The notes under the pieces were generated by a model that did not search any database, was not told the DNA's origin, and saw nothing but the letters and a program-made list of their open reading frames with translations. The position numbers and the translations under genes are program-made. From the sequence record SRR2962707_526: DNA of 64,000 nucleotides, one strand, 5' to 3'. This document shows, one piece after another, positions 59,857-64,000 of this stretch; the stretch's first letter is position 1, and the number at the start of each line of letters is the position of its first letter.

Positions 59857-60112
59857 GCTGGGCCTCTTCATCGGATCAGTTATGCACTGACGCCAGTCTA
59901 TTGCCCTTATGAACAAAAAAAAGTGAATAGTCGCGATGAAAAGAACGCTTTTTTAAACGCATTTATACAGTTTATTACGCCTCAATCCCCTATAATCCGT
60001 GTGCAAATTTTATCTCTTCCCACTGCGCTGTTAGACTGGCGGTGTAGAGTGTACTGGCGTTACTTTGACCCCATTCCACAGTGATTATTAAGAATTTATA
60101 AGACAACTATTT

Positions 60113-61159
60113 ATGCTGAATCTTTCAAACACAATCCGTTTAAATAAATACATTAGCGAAAGTGGCATTTGCTCCCGTCGAGACGCAGATCGCTTTATCG
60201 AACAAGGCAATGTGTTTATTAATGGCAAGCGAGCAAAAATAGGGGATCAGGTTGCACCTGGCGATACGGTCAGAGTTAATGGGCAATTAATCGAACCACA
60301 AGATGCGGAAGACTTTGTCTTGATCGCATTGAATAAGCCCGTTGGCATTGTCAGTACGACGGAAAGTGCCGAGCGTAATAACATAGTCGATTTTGTTAAA
60401 CACGGTGTGCGTATCTTCCCGATTGGTCGTCTTGATAAGGACTCCCAAGGGCTTATCTTTTTGACGAATAACGGCGACCTAGTCAATAAAGTACTGCGCG
60501 CTGGCAATAATCACGAGAAAGAGTATCTGGTGACGGTGAACAAAACCATCACGGATGACTTTATCAGCGGTATGGCGAATGGCGTGCCCATCTTGGGGAC
60601 CATGACGAAAAAGTGCCAAGTATCAAAAGAATCTAATAATGTGTTTCGCATCACTCTGGTACAGGGCTTGAACCGTCAGATTCGTCGTATGGCAGAGCAT
60701 TTTGGCTATGAAGTCATGAAGCTTGAGCGCATTCGTATCATGCACATTGGTTTAAAAGGTTTGCCAGTGGGTGAGTGGCGGGACTTTACTCAAAAAGAAG
60801 TAGAACTGCTGTCTAAAGCCATCGAGGATTCGTCTTCTGAGTCATCCCAGCCGGCTAAAAAAGCGTCTTCTGGTGCTCGAAAATCCTCTTCTAAAGCGAA
60901 GAAAACACCCGGCCCTAGAGCTAAAACGGGCGCCTCTCCAGGCGGTCATGGCAAACCTGGTGGTAAGCCGAATCGTCCGAATGGTGCTTCTAAAACGCCG
61001 AATACCAAACATAAGCGTCCTGGGGAAAATGGCCCAGCCAAAGGGGGCAGACCAGGACAAAGACCCAAGCCTGCCGGTTCCAGACCTGGCGCTTCAAAAC
61101 CCGCTGGGTCTAAGCCAAATGGCAAAGGCGCTCCACGCAAACCAAAATCGTCTCGTTAA
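60113..61159 (+). CDS. rluF: 23S rRNA pseudouridine(2604) synthase
   Basis: S4 domain [28 protein letters not shown] and [10 protein letters not shown]; long basic tail. Confidence 0.93.
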   Translation: MLNLSNTIRLNKYISESGICSRRDADRFIEQGNVFINGKRAKIGDQVAPGDTVRVNGQLIEPQDAEDFVLIALNKPVGIVSTTESAERNNIVDFVKHGVRIFPIGRLDKDSQGLIFLTNNGDLVNKVLRAGNNHEKEYLVTVNKTITDDFISGMANGVPILGTMTKKCQVSKESNNVFRITLVQGLNRQIRRMAEHFGYEVMKLERIRIMHIGLKGLPVGEWRDFTQKEVELLSKAIEDSSSESSQPAKKASSGARKSSSKAKKTPGPRAKTGASPGGHGKPGGKPNRPNGASKTPNTKHKRPGENGPAKGGRPGQRPKPAGSRPGASKPAGSKPNGKGAPRKPKSSR

Positions 61160-61178
61160 GCAGAGAGGCTGACTAAGG

Positions 61179-62810
61179 TCAGCCTTTTTCTTGTTTGTGG
61201 CGTTTTAAAATAGGGTAGGCGGTGGAGACGAGTAAAGAGCATAAACGCTGTAAGTCACGCAAAATATCCATGTGAATTTGTGAGGACGCAAGCGTCGCAG
61301 GCACTTGATCTCGAATCCGACGCGTATGCTGTTCTCGACAAACCGCGATTTTATTGCGATAGACGTGTTTTGCATCGACCAACTCGGTGGCTAAATCTGG
61401 ACTTTTTGACACATAAACCGCTTGAGCCAAACGAAAGATCTCGAATAATTCAGAGAATAAGGTGTCTAATTCTCGCTCTCCTTGTTCTGAAAAATGAATG
61501 TGTTCTTTGTGTTTTTTCCGTGCCAGTACCATCAAGCTGGCGTCAATTATGTCGCCTACGTGCTCTAAATTTGTGACGAAACTAAAGGCATCTTGCCAGC
61601 TGCTTTGCTCTTCTGATGCGCTCTTAATGTTTTCAATGGCCGCCAAATAGTAAGTCACTTCACGGTGTATTCGGTCAATGTCATCGTCCAGTTCTTTTAC
61701 TCGATTAATGTGTTTGCCATTGGTAAAGGTTTTGGGGGTGCTTTCTAGCATTTGATAAGCGATGTCGGCAATGCGCAGTGTTTCGTTGGTGACATTGGCA
61801 ATGGCTCGAGTTGGGTGTTGGATATCATCTTGTGACAAATACACCGAGGTCAAAGGTTTGTGAGTATCGTTTTCTGTGTCATTCGGCGAGACGTATTTTT
61901 TTAATAATTGCGCCCAGAAAGGCAACATAGACAGAAACAGAACGCCGTTAATGGCATTGATAAGAACATGGAAGGCCATAGGGGAATCTAAGCCAATGTC
62001 GGCCAGCGAAGGGCCGCCAGATTCTTGAAGGTAGTAAATCAGCAAACCAATAATGACCGCACAGGTGCGAATCACCAGGTTGCCAATGATCACCAAGCGG
62101 CCTTTTGCGCTGAGTCCCCAGCCTGAACTTAATGCCGGCAGAGCGCCACCAATATTGGCGCCTATAACCATGATCATCGACATTTCTAAAGAGATGGCAC
62201 CGTCAGTAACAAGGTGCGCAATAATCAGAATAACGGCAAGGCTGGAATGCACCAACCAAGTAAAGAGCGCCACCAAAAACAGGGTGAGCAGGGTGTCATG
62301 AGCCAAAATACTGGTCAGGTACGTCATTCCATTGCCGGAACGCATGTCGGCGGTGCTTCTTGCAATCAAGGATAAGGCGAGCAAAAGCAGGCCAAGTCCT
62401 AAGCAAATTCGCCCCCAGTATTTGTGTTTTCGTTTGGACGATTTTTGAAAGCTGACGTAACCAATTAAAAGCAGCAAAGGCGAGAGCGCGGACAGGTCAA
62501 AGCTCAATAGCATCGCCATTAGGCTAGAGCCAATTTCGGCGCCAACGGCTAAGGCAAGCGCAGGAATAAGCCCTAATGCGCTGGTGGCGACAAAGCCTGC
62601 AGCCAAGAGCACGACAGCGGTTCCTGATTGTAAAGCCGCGGCGGCGACACCACCTAATACCGCTGTCTGCAGACGGCGGCGTGTCATCAGGCGGACGGCA
62701 TTTTCTAAGTTTTTTCCATAGGCTCTCTCGAACCCTGTGCGGACCATGCGAATAGACCAAAGCAACAAAGTAATGGCGCCTGCCAATTGAATCAGCTCAT
62801 ACATAGACAT
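61179..62810 (-). CDS. Na/Pi cotransporter family protein with PhoU domains (YjbB-like)
   Basis: LQSGTA and VHSSLA repeats, GANIG, and C-terminal DDDID...NLEHVGDII PhoU-like helices. Confidence 0.88.
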   Translation of the reverse strand: MSMYELIQLAGAITLLLWSIRMVRTGFERAYGKNLENAVRLMTRRRLQTAVLGGVAAAALQSGTAVVLLAAGFVATSALGLIPALALAVGAEIGSSLMAMLLSFDLSALSPLLLLIGYVSFQKSSKRKHKYWGRICLGLGLLLLALSLIARSTADMRSGNGMTYLTSILAHDTLLTLFLVALFTWLVHSSLAVILIIAHLVTDGAISLEMSMIMVIGANIGGALPALSSGWGLSAKGRLVIIGNLVIRTCAVIIGLLIYYLQESGGPSLADIGLDSPMAFHVLINAINGVLFLSMLPFWAQLLKKYVSPNDTENDTHKPLTSVYLSQDDIQHPTRAIANVTNETLRIADIAYQMLESTPKTFTNGKHINRVKELDDDIDRIHREVTYYLAAIENIKSASEEQSSWQDAFSFVTNLEHVGDIIDASLMVLARKKHKEHIHFSEQGERELDTLFSELFEIFRLAQAVYVSKSPDLATELVDAKHVYRNKIAVCREQHTRRIRDQVPATLASSQIHMDILRDLQRLCSLLVSTAYPILKRHKQEKG

Positions 62811-63079
62811 TCCCTGCTGTAGGACTAACAAACAGAGTGGTGAAGTACAGTGTGGTTAGTCGTTTATTATTGATTTTTCTACTAAGTTAACAAGATAAGC
62901 ATGGCTCAGCTTGCTCACTTACGACACTTATTTATCTCACTAATATTTTAAATTAGCTAGCTAAGCGTGAAGAATAGGGTAAATAAAAGCGGTGAGGACA
63001 AGCACATATGTGAGAACGAAGGGATAAAAACAATAAACAAAGATGGCGAGGGGACGAACAATGATGGGAGAGGAAGTAG

Positions 63080-63113
63080 GGCGCTATGACTGACAATAGC
63101 CAGTCATAGCGCC
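63080..63113 (-). terminator. Terminator-like hairpin after opgH
   Basis: GGCGCTATGACTG-N8-CAGTCATAGCGCC. Confidence 0.7.
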
Positions 63114-63119
63114 GAAGCG

Positions 63120-64000
63120 CTAGGCTTGAGGTAGGTATTTCCCCATGGCCAGCATCAAAGACTTATGTTTCAAAATAGCCAAGCATTCGCTTTCTTGAAG
63201 GTGCTCGGTAAGCTGCTCCAAGTTCGCACTTTTTTCGATCTGCCATTGTGCACAAATACGACTACGACACAGGGTGTTTTCTTCTTCTTGTGGTAGTTGA
63301 GCAAGGTACCAATGATAAAAGTTCACATCGTTGATAAAGCGTTGCAACGCCGGTTGTGTTGCACTGCTGTCATCTTCAATGGCCTGCGCTTGTTTTTCAT
63401 TGAGACGTTTTACTATGCCCGTTGGGCGCTTTTCTTGAGACGCTCGAAGCAACATAAACTTGGACAAGAGGTTGCCACGTTTTTCGCCACCGCTTAACCA
63501 GGACAGAGGGATAGAAAACACCAAGCCTATGGTAATGGGCAAGGACCAATAAAACAGCGCAGGGCTCAGGAATAACGCGGCACTGGCCAACCCAGCTCCC
63601 AACAAAGTATGAGACAAATGGGCGCGAGCAACGGTTTTCCATGGGGTGGCGCCATCGTCTCGAGATTGAGGTTTCCAGCCACTATCGCGGCCTTTTAGCA
63701 CATCAAAAACGACCAAGAACTGAGAGAACATCAGGATGGGCGCATACAAGGCAGACAAGGCCACCTCAAGTAAGGTGTCTAGCGTCAATAATATGGGCCC
63801 ACCAAATGACATGCAGCGCTTAGGGTAGAGAAGGGCGCTTAACCAGCCATAGACCTTGGGCGCCAAGACAAGCGCCATCGACAGCTCGAATAATAACAAG
63901 GCTTTTTGGAAATCAAACACAGGCCAAGTAGGAAACAGGGAAGGGTTAGAAAAATACTCTGGGCGCACAAAGTGTGCTTGCACGGCAAGAGCAAACCCTA
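63120..64000 (-). CDS. opgH: Osmoregulated periplasmic glucan glucosyltransferase H, 3' part only
   Basis: P.YF....LFP.WP, LAPK, FGG......LE..LSAL.API.M and G.DSGW..Q.RDD; frame continues past the window end. Confidence 0.85.
   Translation of the reverse strand, partial: GFALAVQAHFVRPEYFSNPSLFPTWPVFDFQKALLLFELSMALVLAPKVYGWLSALLYPKRCMSFGGPILLTLDTLLEVALSALYAPILMFSQFLVVFDVLKGRDSGWKPQSRDDGATPWKTVARAHLSHTLLGAGLASAALFLSPALFYWSLPITIGLVFSIPLSWLSGGEKRGNLLSKFMLLRASQEKRPTGIVKRLNEKQAQAIEDDSSATQPALQRFINDVNFYHWYLAQLPQEEENTLCRSRICAQWQIEKSANLEQLTEHLQESECLAILKHKSLMLAMGKYLPQA

Noticed and set aside
62990-63113. Purine-rich stretch with five GGA motifs before a hairpin (possible Csr/Rsm sRNA on +)
   Set aside because: The GGAs are not in clear stem-loops and the hairpin has no U tail on +. 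It is better explained as the opgH terminator plus upstream DNA of the Na/Pi transporter.
894-63823. Many 60-140 aa ORFs in the track that overlap or oppose recognised genes (e.g. 1150-1416, 9048-9317, 23263-23595, 55081-55494, 56247-56675)
   Set aside because: They are shadow frames of well-supported genes, with no family motifs or independent RBS evidence.
1-64000. Search for CRISPR arrays, rRNA/tRNA genes, IS elements, prophage genes and a dispersed REP family
   Set aside because: By eye I found no regularly spaced repeats, cloverleaf or rRNA signatures, or transposase/integrase motifs, and the intergenic hairpins do not share a sequence. A tRNAscan/Infernal/CRISPR-finder run would be needed to exclude them formally.

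Overview
Chromosomal window from a marine gammaproteobacterium (gene order and protein character suggest Oceanospirillales, Marinomonas-like; this is inference). It is mostly housekeeping: acs plus a NarL/LuxR regulator, yidD, prephenate dehydratase, nrdAB-yfaE with two NrdR boxes, pdxH-coq7-hinT, the conserved dsbD-accBC-prmA-DUF3426-dusB-fis-purH-purD block, dsdA, a dGTPase, cysH-nudL-pabB, four minor pilins, nadE, apbE, rluF, a Na/Pi cotransporter and the 3' end of opgH. Two accessory stretches stand out: an apparently AT-richer catabolic cluster for an unknown organic acid (about 17.8-25.3 kb: TauD-like dioxygenase, Gfo/Idh/MocA oxidoreductase, GntR, aldo-keto reductase, TRAP transporter) and a run of stand-alone small genes (38-48 kb). 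The most notable observations are: (1) a 7TM-DISM hybrid-sensor-like protein at the position of Pseudomonas retS whose phospho-His, ATP-binding boxes and receiver residues are degenerate; (2) CsrA/RsmA-type ANGGA hairpins in the minor-pilin leader; (3) a roughly 105-nt G-U-rich hairpin that buries the ribosome-binding site of a glycosyltransferase gene; (4) the uncharacterised TRAP/dioxygenase cluster with a perfect TTGAT-N4-ATCAA palindrome. I saw no rRNA, tRNA, CRISPR array, integrase or transposase. All calls are by motif recognition only, with no database searches. Several start codons were moved from the ORF track to better ATG/GTG starts.
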